A stretch of 64,000 nt of DNA from Candidatus Deferrimicrobiaceae bacterium (lineage in GTDB: Bacteria > Desulfobacterota > Deferrimicrobia > Deferrimicrobiales > Deferrimicrobiaceae): NCBI GenBank assembly GCA_963792415.1, contig CAWBVY010000004.1, positions 224,001 to 288,000 on the forward strand, given 5' to 3'. Both the position numbers and the translations under genes were made by a program. Numbering within the stretch: position 1 is the stretch's first letter; every line of letters begins with the position of its first letter. Shown here in pieces: positions 56,097 through 64,000 of the stretch. Under the pieces are notes generated by a model that made no database searches, was not told where the DNA came from, and worked only from the letters and a program-made list of their open reading frames with translations.

Positions 56097-59000
56097 ATGC
56101 ACCAGACCCTCCCGAGGCTCTCCTTCGAGCACGTCGCCCTCGCCCTCGCGAAGCGCGGAACCTCCCCCTGCGTCCAGTGGATGCGACTCCCGCCCGGGGC
56201 GAGGTCGTTCCTCGCCGCCCGTCTCTTCGAGCGTCTCGGCCGCACGCTCCTGTACCTGTGCGCCGGCGAGAAGGAAGCGGAGGAGGCGACCCGGGAACTG
56301 ACCGCCTATCTCGGACCCGACGCGGTCCTCCCGTTCCCTTCCATCGAGGCGACGCCGTACGAGCCGGTTCCCCCGCACCTCCCCTCGGTCCACGACCGGA
56401 TGCGGGCGCTCCACCGGCTTCTTTCCGGACCCCCCGCCGTGGTCGTCGCCCCGATCGCGGCGGCGGCGGAGAAGACGCTCCCCCCCGAGGCCTTCGTCGA
56501 GGCGGTAGCCGGGGTATCCCCGGGGGATACGCTCGACGTCGACGCGTTCACGGCGCGCCTCGTGACCCTCGGCTACGCCCGCCTTCCCGCGGCGGCCGAC
56601 CCGGGGGATTTCGCGGTGCGCGGGGGGATCGTCGACGTCTACAGCCCGGCCCATCCGCTCCCGGCGAGGATCCTGCTGGACGGCGACGCCGTCGAGTCGG
56701 TGCGGTGGTTCCACCCGTCGACGCAGCGAACGGTGGCGGCGGGAGCGCGGGCGGACGGAGAACCCGGGCACGGGGAGCGACTCGTGATTCTTCCATGCTC
56801 CCAGGTGATCACGCGCGACGATTACCTTACGGCGGCGTGTGACGGGAGCCCCGCTGATTCCGAAGACATGGAGCAGGCCCCCAAAAGGGGGCACGCCCCC
56901 AAGAGGGGGCACGCCTCAAGGCCATATGCCTGGCAGGAGGCCTTTCGGCATGGGATCCGGTTCCACGGCGCGGACGCCCTTCTGCCGCGCCTCTACGGTC
57001 ACGCCGCCCCGGTCTTTTCGTACCTTCCCGCGGACGCCCTCGTCGTGGTGGTCGACTCCGTGGAGTGCGTCGCCGCCGCCCGGAACGCCTTCGAGGAGGC
57101 GGAGGAGAGGTACTCCCTCGCGGGGGAGGAAGAGGGGTCCCCCGCGCCGTCGGAGCTGGTCGTGCCGGAAGCCGAGCTGGTTGCCGCGCTCTCCTGCGTC
57201 CCGATGCTCGCCTTCGACGGGATCGAGGTTCCCCCCTTCGGGCGCAAGGAGCCGCTGCGGGGGGACGCGGGGGTGGAGGGGAACGAGGAGATCCGTCGAA
57301 GCACCGCAACCGCCTCCTCGGAGGGGCTCCTCTACCCGCTGGCCGAGGAGGCGAAGGCGTGGTGGAAGCGGGGCGACCGGTTCATCGTCAGTTCCCTCTC
57401 CCCGTCGCAGGTCGACCGGATGGAGGATTTCCTCTCCCGGTACGCCGTTCCCCTTTCCCGCGTCGACTCGCTGCGCGAGGCGCTGTCCCGGAACCAGGGG
57501 GTCTTCCTGTGCGGGTCGGAGGTCACCCGGGGGTTCCGGGCGCCGGAGCTTCGCGCGGCGATCGTCACCGAGAGCGAGATCTTCGGGGAGAAGGCCCGGG
57601 CGCGCCGCCCCCGGAGGGAGCGGATCGCCGTCCCCGAGGAGTTCTCGCTCGCGGACCTGCGCGTGAACGACCCGGCGGTCCACGTGGATCACGGGATCGG
57701 GATCTACCGCGGCCTGCTGCGCCGGGTGGCCGCCGGGACCGAGGGGGACTACCTCGTCCTCGAGTACGCGGGGGGCGATCGGCTGTTCGTCCCCGTGGAG
57801 AAGATGTCCAGGGTGCAGCGGTACGTGGCGTCGGAGCAGGGGCGCGCGCAGCTGTCGCGCCTGGGGGGTACGGCGTGGCAGCGCGCCAAGCGGAAGGTGC
57901 GGGACGATCTGCTCGCGATGGCGCAGGAGCTGGTGGACCTGCAGGCGAAGCGCCAGCTGGCCGAGAAGGCTCCCGTTTCGCCGCCCGACGCGGTCTTCCG
58001 GGAATTCGAGGCTTCGTTCCCCCACGAGGAGACGTCAGACCAGGAGCAGGTGATCCGCGAGGTGCTGTCGGACCTCTCTTCCCCCCGCCCGATGGACCGG
58101 CTCGTCTGCGGAGACGTGGGGTACGGCAAGACCGAGGTGGCGATCCGCGCGGCGTTCCAGGTGGTGATGTCCGGGAAGCAGGCGGCGGTTCTGGTTCCGA
58201 CGACCCTCCTGGCCGAGCAGCATTACCAGACGTTCACCCGCCGCCTCGCGGGGTACCCCGTGCGGGTGGCGAACCTGTCGCGGTTCGGCACCCGCAAGGA
58301 CCAGGCGGCGGTGGTGAAGGGGGTGGCGAACGGCACGGTCGACGTCGTCGTCGGCACGCACCGGCTCCTGCAGAGGGACGTGACGTTCCGGGACCTCGGG
58401 CTCGTGGTGATCGACGAGGAGCAGCGGTTCGGAGTGGCGCACAAGGAACGGTTGAAGAGGATGCGCGCCGCGGTCGACGTGCTGACGCTGTCGGCCACTC
58501 CGATCCCGCGCACGCTGCACATGGCGTTCTCCGGGATCCGGGATGTGAGCCTGATCGCCACCCCCCCCGAGGACCGGCTCTCGATCCGCACCTTCGTCGT
58601 CCCCTTCTCGGGGGAGACGATCCGCGAGGCGGTGGATCGGGAGATCCGCCGGGGCGGGCAGGTCTTCTTCGTCCACAACCGGGTGCAGACCCTCCCCGCG
58701 ATGGAGCGGTACCTGCGCGAGCTGCTCCCCGACGCCCGGATCGCCGTAGGGCACGGGCAGATGGACGAGGAGACCCTTTCCGTCGCGATGGACGATTTCG
58801 CGTCGCGCCGCGCCGACATCCTCCTGTGCACCGCGATCATCGAGGCCGGGCTGGACCTGCCCAACGCGAACACGATTCTCGTGAACCTCGCCCACCGGTT
58901 CGGGCTGGCCCAGCTGTACCAGCTCCGGGGCCGCGTGGGCCGCGACCGCCACCGGGCGTACGCCTACTTCGTCGTCCCGAAAGACGTGGCTCTTACCCGG

Positions 59001-59660
59001 GACGCCACACGGCGGCTTGCCGTGCTCGAGGAGCTCACCGAACTCGGCTCGGGGTTCCGGATCGCCTCCCACGACCTCGAGATCCGGGGCGCGGGGAACC
59101 TTCTCGGGAAGGACCAGTCGGGACAGATCCACCAGGTGGGGTTCGAGCTGTACACGCAGCTGCTCTCCGAGACGGTGGCGGAGATCTCGGGGAAGATCTC
59201 CTCGCAGGAGGAGGAGCCGGAACTGGAGCTTCGCGTCCCGGCGTTCCTCCCGGATGACTACATCGAGGAGGCCGGGGAGCGCCTGGAGTTCTATCGGAAG
59301 CTGTCGTCGGCGAAGACCGTGGACGCCGCGGACGAGATCGAGATGGCGCTGCTGGACCGGTTCGGCCGGCTTCCCGTTCCCGCACGCGCGCTGTGCGACC
59401 TGGCGCGGATGCGAGCCGGGATGCGCTCCGCGGGAGTGGCGGAGCTCAAGCGCGGGGACGGCTCCCTGTTCCTCACCCTTGCCGCCCATTCCCCGTTCGA
59501 CCGGGCGATACTGGTTTCCTGGGTGACGCGGGAACGGAAGACCTTCTCCTTCGTCCGCGGGGAGATCCTCGCGATGCGCCTTCCGGGTCAGGATCCCGCG
59601 GAGGTCCTGGCGGCGGCGAAAAACCTGTTGAGCCGGTTCGGCACCGGCAGTACGATGTAG
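56097..59660 (+). CDS. mfd: Transcription-repair coupling factor
   Basis: RGGIVDVY, VH.DHGIG.Y, CGDVGYGKTEVA, DEEQRFGV, SATPIPRTL, QLRGRVGR, TRCF domain. Confidence 0.97.
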   Translation: MHQTLPRLSFEHVALALAKRGTSPCVQWMRLPPGARSFLAARLFERLGRTLLYLCAGEKEAEEATRELTAYLGPDAVLPFPSIEATPYEPVPPHLPSVHDRMRALHRLLSGPPAVVVAPIAAAAEKTLPPEAFVEAVAGVSPGDTLDVDAFTARLVTLGYARLPAAADPGDFAVRGGIVDVYSPAHPLPARILLDGDAVESVRWFHPSTQRTVAAGARADGEPGHGERLVILPCSQVITRDDYLTAACDGSPADSEDMEQAPKRGHAPKRGHASRPYAWQEAFRHGIRFHGADALLPRLYGHAAPVFSYLPADALVVVVDSVECVAAARNAFEEAEERYSLAGEEEGSPAPSELVVPEAELVAALSCVPMLAFDGIEVPPFGRKEPLRGDAGVEGNEEIRRSTATASSEGLLYPLAEEAKAWWKRGDRFIVSSLSPSQVDRMEDFLSRYAVPLSRVDSLREALSRNQGVFLCGSEVTRGFRAPELRAAIVTESEIFGEKARARRPRRERIAVPEEFSLADLRVNDPAVHVDHGIGIYRGLLRRVAAGTEGDYLVLEYAGGDRLFVPVEKMSRVQRYVASEQGRAQLSRLGGTAWQRAKRKVRDDLLAMAQELVDLQAKRQLAEKAPVSPPDAVFREFEASFPHEETSDQEQVIREVLSDLSSPRPMDRLVCGDVGYGKTEVAIRAAFQVVMSGKQAAVLVPTTLLAEQHYQTFTRRLAGYPVRVANLSRFGTRKDQAAVVKGVANGTVDVVVGTHRLLQRDVTFRDLGLVVIDEEQRFGVAHKERLKRMRAAVDVLTLSATPIPRTLHMAFSGIRDVSLIATPPEDRLSIRTFVVPFSGETIREAVDREIRRGGQVFFVHNRVQTLPAMERYLRELLPDARIAVGHGQMDEETLSVAMDDFASRRADILLCTAIIEAGLDLPNANTILVNLAHRFGLAQLYQLRGRVGRDRHRAYAYFVVPKDVALTRDATRRLAVLEELTELGSGFRIASHDLEIRGAGNLLGKDQSGQIHQVGFELYTQLLSETVAEISGKISSQEEEPELELRVPAFLPDDYIEEAGERLEFYRKLSSAKTVDAADEIEMALLDRFGRLPVPARALCDLARMRAGMRSAGVAELKRGDGSLFLTLAAHSPFDRAILVSWVTRERKTFSFVRGEILAMRLPGQDPAEVLAAAKNLLSRFGTGSTM
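56877..56922. repeat. Tandem 18-bp palindromic repeat inside mfd
   Basis: GCCCCCAAAAGGGGGCAC GCCCCCAAGAGGGGGCAC GCCTCAAGGC, encoding APKRGH APKRGH ASR. Confidence 0.85.
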
Positions 59661-59707
59661 TATTGGGTCGGGTTCCTTCGAAATTTTTCACCAAGGAGAG
59701 CTGCTCC

Positions 59708-60628
59708 ATGCGGAAGATGCCGGTTCTGTTCGTGATTTTCACGTTCGTCGCATCCGCCTGCGGGAGCGCCCCGGGGAACGGACCGCAGGGAAAGGTTCTC
59801 GCCGTAGTGGACGGGGAGCCTCTCACGGAGGCGACCCTCATGAAAGAGGTGGAGAACCTTCCCCCCTACGTGCGGCCGATCCTCGAAACCGCAGCGGGCA
59901 GGGCGCAGTTTCTCGAGAGCGTCATCACCCGCAACCTGCTGATGCGAGAGGCGTTGCGGCGCGGGATCGACCGCCGCCCCGAGGTGGCCGACCGGATCGG
60001 CATGGCGCGCAAGTCGATCGTCCTAGAGGCGCTGCTTCGCGACGTGGCCGAAAAGGCCCCCGGGCTTTCCGACGACACGCTTCGCAAGATCTACGACGAG
60101 AACCCCGCCTTGCACCAGGTCGGGGAGCGGGTGAGGGTGAGCCACATGCTCTTCCGGGACAAGGCCCGCGCGCTTGAGATTTTTCATCGCGCGAAGGCGG
60201 GGGAGCCGTTCGAATCGCTGATGAAGGAGGTCGCGGCCGGCGACGGCGAGGTCGCCGTGGACCTCGGGGAGATCGAGCGCGGGAACTTCGTGAAGGAATT
60301 CGAGGCGGCGGCCTTCGCCACCGAACCCGGCGAGGTGACGGGTCCCGTCAAGACCACGTACGGGTACCATGTGATCAAGGTGTACGCGAAATCACCCGCG
60401 GGCACCATTTCGTTCGAGGAGATGAAGCCGAAACTCCTCGCCGAGCAGCGGGAGCAGGCGCAGCGGGACGCCTTCGAGGGGTTGATCGCAGGCTTGAGGA
60501 AACAGGCGACGGTGCGCGTCCTCTACAAGCCGGAGGGGCCTCCGGTCTCCACGGGGGCGCAGGCGCCGGGAACGACGTCGGACGCCCCGAAGGCCGTTGA
60601 ACCGGCCCAGCCGTCGCAGGGGAAGTGA
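59708..60628 (+). CDS. PpiC-type peptidyl-prolyl isomerase lipoprotein (PrsA-like)
   Basis: Lipobox ASAC, VLAVVDGEP, RVSHML, DLG......VKEFEAAAF, PVKTTYGYHVIKV. Confidence 0.9.
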   Translation: MRKMPVLFVIFTFVASACGSAPGNGPQGKVLAVVDGEPLTEATLMKEVENLPPYVRPILETAAGRAQFLESVITRNLLMREALRRGIDRRPEVADRIGMARKSIVLEALLRDVAEKAPGLSDDTLRKIYDENPALHQVGERVRVSHMLFRDKARALEIFHRAKAGEPFESLMKEVAAGDGEVAVDLGEIERGNFVKEFEAAAFATEPGEVTGPVKTTYGYHVIKVYAKSPAGTISFEEMKPKLLAEQREQAQRDAFEGLIAGLRKQATVRVLYKPEGPPVSTGAQAPGTTSDAPKAVEPAQPSQGK

Positions 60629-60644
60629 TTCCCGGGGGACGCTC

Positions 60645-61616
60645 CTGATTCTTTCGAAGAGAAAACCAGGAGCGTCCACTGCCCATGCCGTCGCCCGGTT
60701 CGCGCTGGTTGCCGCGTTGCTGTGGGCATGTTCTCCCGCACCGTCGAACCGGTCCGATGCCGAGGTCGTCGTCGCCGAGGTGGACGGCGCACCCGTCGTC
60801 CTGAAGGACGTCAAGAACGAGATTCTGTCGATGCGCGGGTACACGCCGTCCCTCGAGGCCCGGGGCCCCTCCCGCGGAGAGGTTTCCGAGGCGGTCCGGC
60901 GGGCGATCGAGCGGACCGTTGTCCTGCGCGAGGGGCGGCGACGGGGGGTCACGCTTCCCGCGGGATCCCTCGAGGAAGAGGTGATGCGGTTCCGGGCGGA
61001 CTTCCCGCCGGGGGGACTCGAGAAGGCGCTACTTCAGGCGGGGATGGAACCCGACGCGTGGCGGGAGCAGCTCCGGAGTTCCCTCCTGTACCGGCGGTCG
61101 GCCGACGCCATTGCGGCGGCCGGGGCGACGGTGACCCCGCAGGAGGTGGAGGAGGAGTTCCGGAAGGAACGGAATCCCGCGACGGTCCCGGAGAGGATCC
61201 GCGTGCGGCAATATCTCTTCGATTCGGCGGAGCGCGCCGCCGTCGCGCGGGAGAAGCTGCAGGCCGGGAGGCTCGTCGGCGGGGTCGCCGGAGATCCTTC
61301 CGTCGAGGGGGTCGACCTCGGGTTCTTCCGCCGCGACGAACTCCCCCCGGAAATTCCGGCCGGAGTGTTCGACCTTCCGGAGGGCGGCGTCAGCGAGCCG
61401 GTTCCCGGGGAAGACGTGACGAGCCTGTTCCGGGTCACGCGGAGGGAAGCGGCCGGGGAGCAGACGCTGGGCAGCGAAGAGGCGCGGATCCGGGAGTCGA
61501 TTCTTGCGCCCCGGAGGGAGGCGGCGTTCCGCCGGTGGCTGGCGCAGGCTACGGCGGGGGCGAGGGTCAAGGTGCACGCGGAACTGCTGCAAAAACTGGT
61601 GGAGGAGAAACCTTGA
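60645..61616 (+). CDS. SurA/PpiC-like foldase lipoprotein (start uncertain; CTG 60645 proposed)
   Basis: Lipobox LWAC, VVAEVDGAPV, PERIRVRQ, DLGFF...ELPP...VF.L..G.VSEPV. Confidence 0.8.
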   Translation: MILSKRKPGASTAHAVARFALVAALLWACSPAPSNRSDAEVVVAEVDGAPVVLKDVKNEILSMRGYTPSLEARGPSRGEVSEAVRRAIERTVVLREGRRRGVTLPAGSLEEEVMRFRADFPPGGLEKALLQAGMEPDAWREQLRSSLLYRRSADAIAAAGATVTPQEVEEEFRKERNPATVPERIRVRQYLFDSAERAAVAREKLQAGRLVGGVAGDPSVEGVDLGFFRRDELPPEIPAGVFDLPEGGVSEPVPGEDVTSLFRVTRREAAGEQTLGSEEARIRESILAPRREAAFRRWLAQATAGARVKVHAELLQKLVEEKP

Positions 61617-62587
61617 GGAGAACGGGAGCGATCATCGCGGCGGCCGCAGCGGCGCTGCTTCTTTACGCGGGGACGGCGTTCCCCCGCGTGATCGACGGCG
61701 TCGTCGCGCTGGTGAACGAGGAGCCGGTCACTTTTTCCGAGGTGCGGGAGGCGGTGTCGGAAGGGATGGGAATCCCGGCGGGGGAAGCGGATGCGGTCCT
61801 GCGCGAGGAGCGCGACAACCGCACGGTGCTGCGCTGGATCGAGGGCCTCGTCGATTCCGTCCTGGTGCGCAAGGAACTGGAGAAACAGGGCCAGCCGATC
61901 CTGGAAACGGAGATCGACAAGGCCGTCGAATCCGTCCGGAAGGCGAACGGCCTGAACGAGGCGCAGTTCAGCGAACTGCTCGCGAAGGAGGGGATCACCC
62001 TTCCCGCGTACCGCCGCCGCATCCGGTGGCAGATGGAGCGCGGCGCGATCGTCCGGGCGCGCAAGTACAAGGAGGTCCAGGTCACGGAAAGCGAGGTGCG
62101 GGACTACTTCCATGAGAACCGGGAGCGGTTCCTGGTCGGCGTGAAGGTCCGGCTCGAGACCCTCTTCTTCCCGATCGCCTCCTCGCCGTCCGCGGCCCTC
62201 GACACCGCGCAGGCGCGGATCGCCGTGCAGCAGGCGGCCGAGGCGATCCGGGCGGGAGGCACCTTTGCCGAGGCGGAGGCGTTGGTTCGCGGGACGTTTC
62301 CCATGGTTCAGTTCCACGCCGCCGGCTTCGTGACGACCGAGGATCTTCTCCCGGAGCTGCAGCGGGAGGTTCGACGCCTGCGGGCCGGGGAAGCATCCCC
62401 GCCGTTCTCCACCGAGGCGGGGGCATATCTGGTGCGGGTCGTCGAGCGCCAGGGGGGGGCGCCCGGCGATTTCTCCGCAGTGAAGGACGCGTTGACCGAG
62501 GAACTCACCGACCGCCGCAGCGAGAAGGCGTTTTCCGACATCCTCTTGGAGCTGAGGCGGTCGGCCTCGATCGACGTACGTCTCTGA
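61613..62587 (+). CDS. surA: SurA-like periplasmic chaperone/PPIase
   Basis: IDGVVALVNEEPVT.SEV, SurA_N helices, parvulin-like domain; precedes pdxA as in surA-pdxA operons. Confidence 0.8.
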   Translation: MRRTGAIIAAAAAALLLYAGTAFPRVIDGVVALVNEEPVTFSEVREAVSEGMGIPAGEADAVLREERDNRTVLRWIEGLVDSVLVRKELEKQGQPILETEIDKAVESVRKANGLNEAQFSELLAKEGITLPAYRRRIRWQMERGAIVRARKYKEVQVTESEVRDYFHENRERFLVGVKVRLETLFFPIASSPSAALDTAQARIAVQQAAEAIRAGGTFAEAEALVRGTFPMVQFHAAGFVTTEDLLPELQREVRRLRAGEASPPFSTEAGAYLVRVVERQGGAPGDFSAVKDALTEELTDRRSEKAFSDILLELRRSASIDVRL

Positions 62588-62613
62588 CCCGCCCTCCGGC
62601 AGGGGAACCCTCC

Positions 62614-63597
62614 ATGCTCCCGAAGATCGCCATCACGATGGGGGACCCCGCGGGGATCGGCCCGGAGGTCGCCGTCCTCGCCCACGCGCGGGAGGAGCTC
62701 TGCTCCCGGTGCCGCCCGGTGGTGTACGGCGACCCGGCGATCCTCCGGCGCGCGATACGTGCGACGGGCGTGTCCCTCGCGATCGCAGGGGAAGGCGAGG
62801 AACCGGGACCCGGGCGGATCGTCGTCGCGGCCCGCTCCTCCCTCGACCCGGGCCAGGTTCCGTACGGACGCCCCTCCCTCCCCGGCTCCGTCGCGATGGC
62901 CGGGTACATCCGATCCGCGACGCGGGACGTTCTCTCCGGCAGGGCCGCGGCGATCGTCACCTGCCCGATCACGAAGGAAGGGTTGAAGGCGGCGGGCGTC
63001 CCGTTCCCCGGCCACACCGAGTTCCTCGCCCACCTGTGCGGCGGCGCCGACGTGGTGATGATGCTCGCGGGCGACCGGCTGCGCGTCGCCCTGGTCACGA
63101 TCCACGTCGGATTGCGCCGCGCCCTGGAACTTCTCTCTCCCCCGCTCATCGAAAGGACCGTGCGGATCACCGACGCTTTCTTCCGTAAGTACATGGGGAC
63201 CCCCTCGCCGCGGATCGCCGTGGCGGCGCTGAACCCCCACGCGGGCGAAGGGGGGATGTTCGGCGACGACGAGACGACGCTCATCGCGCCCGCGATCTCG
63301 GCCTGCCGGGGCGCGGGGATCGACGCCTCGGGCCCGTTCCCTCCCGACACGATCTTTTTCCGCGCGTACCGGGGGGAGTTCGACGTCGTCGTCGCGATGA
63401 CGCACGATCACGGCCTCATCCCCCTGAAGCTCGTCCACTTCGACGACGGGGTGAACGTGACGATGGGCCTGCCGATCCTCCGGACCTCGGTGGACCACGG
63501 CACCGCCTACGACATCGCCGGAAAGGGGACCGCGAACCCCGCGAGCCTGCTGGCCGCCGTCCGGATGGCCGCGTCGATGGTGGGGATGGCGTCATGA
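62614..63597 (+). CDS. pdxA: 4-hydroxythreonine-4-phosphate dehydrogenase
   Basis: TMGDPAGIGPE, FPGHTEFLA, LNPHAGEGG.FG.DE, HDHGLIP.K, RTSVDHGTAYDIAGKG. Confidence 0.94.
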   Translation: MLPKIAITMGDPAGIGPEVAVLAHAREELCSRCRPVVYGDPAILRRAIRATGVSLAIAGEGEEPGPGRIVVAARSSLDPGQVPYGRPSLPGSVAMAGYIRSATRDVLSGRAAAIVTCPITKEGLKAAGVPFPGHTEFLAHLCGGADVVMMLAGDRLRVALVTIHVGLRRALELLSPPLIERTVRITDAFFRKYMGTPSPRIAVAALNPHAGEGGMFGDDETTLIAPAISACRGAGIDASGPFPPDTIFFRAYRGEFDVVVAMTHDHGLIPLKLVHFDDGVNVTMGLPILRTSVDHGTAYDIAGKGTANPASLLAAVRMAASMVGMAS

Positions 63598-63634
63598 ATC
63601 AGGTACCGTAGACACAGGGCGCCCCAACACGAGA

Positions 63635-63750
63635 GGGTCCGGCTGCGCCGCCTCGGAGCGGGGGCTCCGTTCGTGGCTCGCCGTGCGGTGAACCTGCACG
63701 GCTGCGCTTTACCTCACTGCGCCCCCCTCCTGCGGCGACTCCGCCGAAGG
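63635..63750. repeat. Long imperfect palindromic element (REP/MITE-like or structured RNA)
   Basis: Nested stems CGGC/GCCG, CGCCGC/GCGGCG, GGAG/CTCC, GGGGGC/GCCCCC, GCCGTGC/GCACGGC. Confidence 0.6.
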
Positions 63751-63835
63751 GGTAATCCCGGAGGCCCTCCGGCTTCCTGGATCGGATTGGATACCTTGCC
63801 GTAAATATGATTGGAGCGACTGAGGAGAAGTGGCC

Positions 63836-64000
63836 GTGGCCCTGGACCGGATCATCGTGCGCGGCGCCCGCGCGCACAACCTGAAGAACATCGACGTCGA
63901 GATCCCCCGCGACCGGCTCGTCGTGATCACCGGGGTCTCGGGCTCCGGGAAGTCGTCGCTCGCCTTCGACACGATCTACGCCGAGGGGCAGCGGCGGTAC
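63836..64000 (+). CDS. uvrA: Excinuclease ABC subunit A, N-terminus (3' truncated by window; absent from the ORF track)
   Basis: GTG start after SD GAGGAG; translates [55 protein letters not shown]. Confidence 0.97.
   Translation, partial: MALDRIIVRGARAHNLKNIDVEIPRDRLVVITGVSGSGKSSLAFDTIYAEGQRRY

Noticed and set aside
63635-63750. SRP (4.5S) RNA, tRNA or CRISPR identity for the long hairpin
   Set aside because: No SRP helix-8 motif on either strand and no cloverleaf. No repeat-spacer periodicity here or anywhere else in the window.

Overview
GC-rich bacterial chromosomal window. Gene content and order look deltaproteobacterial; a Desulfobacterota/MBNT15-like assignment is inference only. It runs from the 3' end of gyrB to the 5' end of uvrA, and gyrA lies about 50 kb downstream of gyrB. 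The intervening block contains: (1) a DeoR-regulated acid-sugar catabolic locus (TctCBA, Zn-dehydrogenase, LarA-family nickel-pincer-type isomerase, PdxA2, IlvD/Edd dehydratase, DUF1537 kinase, 2-hydroxyacid dehydrogenase, orphan SBP); (2) Hsp20, BCAM0308-family and BI-1 genes; (3) a Liv-type ABC transporter; (4) an RhlE-like helicase with a long structured leader; (5) a membrane-lipid modification cluster resembling furan fatty acid (ufa) genes; (6) aldo-keto reductases, a lipocalin and an SRPBCC protein; (7) a ModE-boxed tungstate/molybdopterin locus; (8) an OmpA pair; (9) a fluoride riboswitch followed by crcB, DUF190, a dynamin-like gene and ilvD. After gyrA come core genes: TPR, gpsA, nadA, mfd, three PPIases, pdxA and uvrA. 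I found no tRNA, rRNA, CRISPR array, integrase or transposase. The best novelty candidates are the tetronate-type catabolic pathway with a LarA homologue, the ufa-like lipid cluster, the palindromic elements (one in frame within mfd, one between pdxA and uvrA), and the dynamin gene behind the fluoride riboswitch. All calls come from motif recognition by eye; no searches were run.
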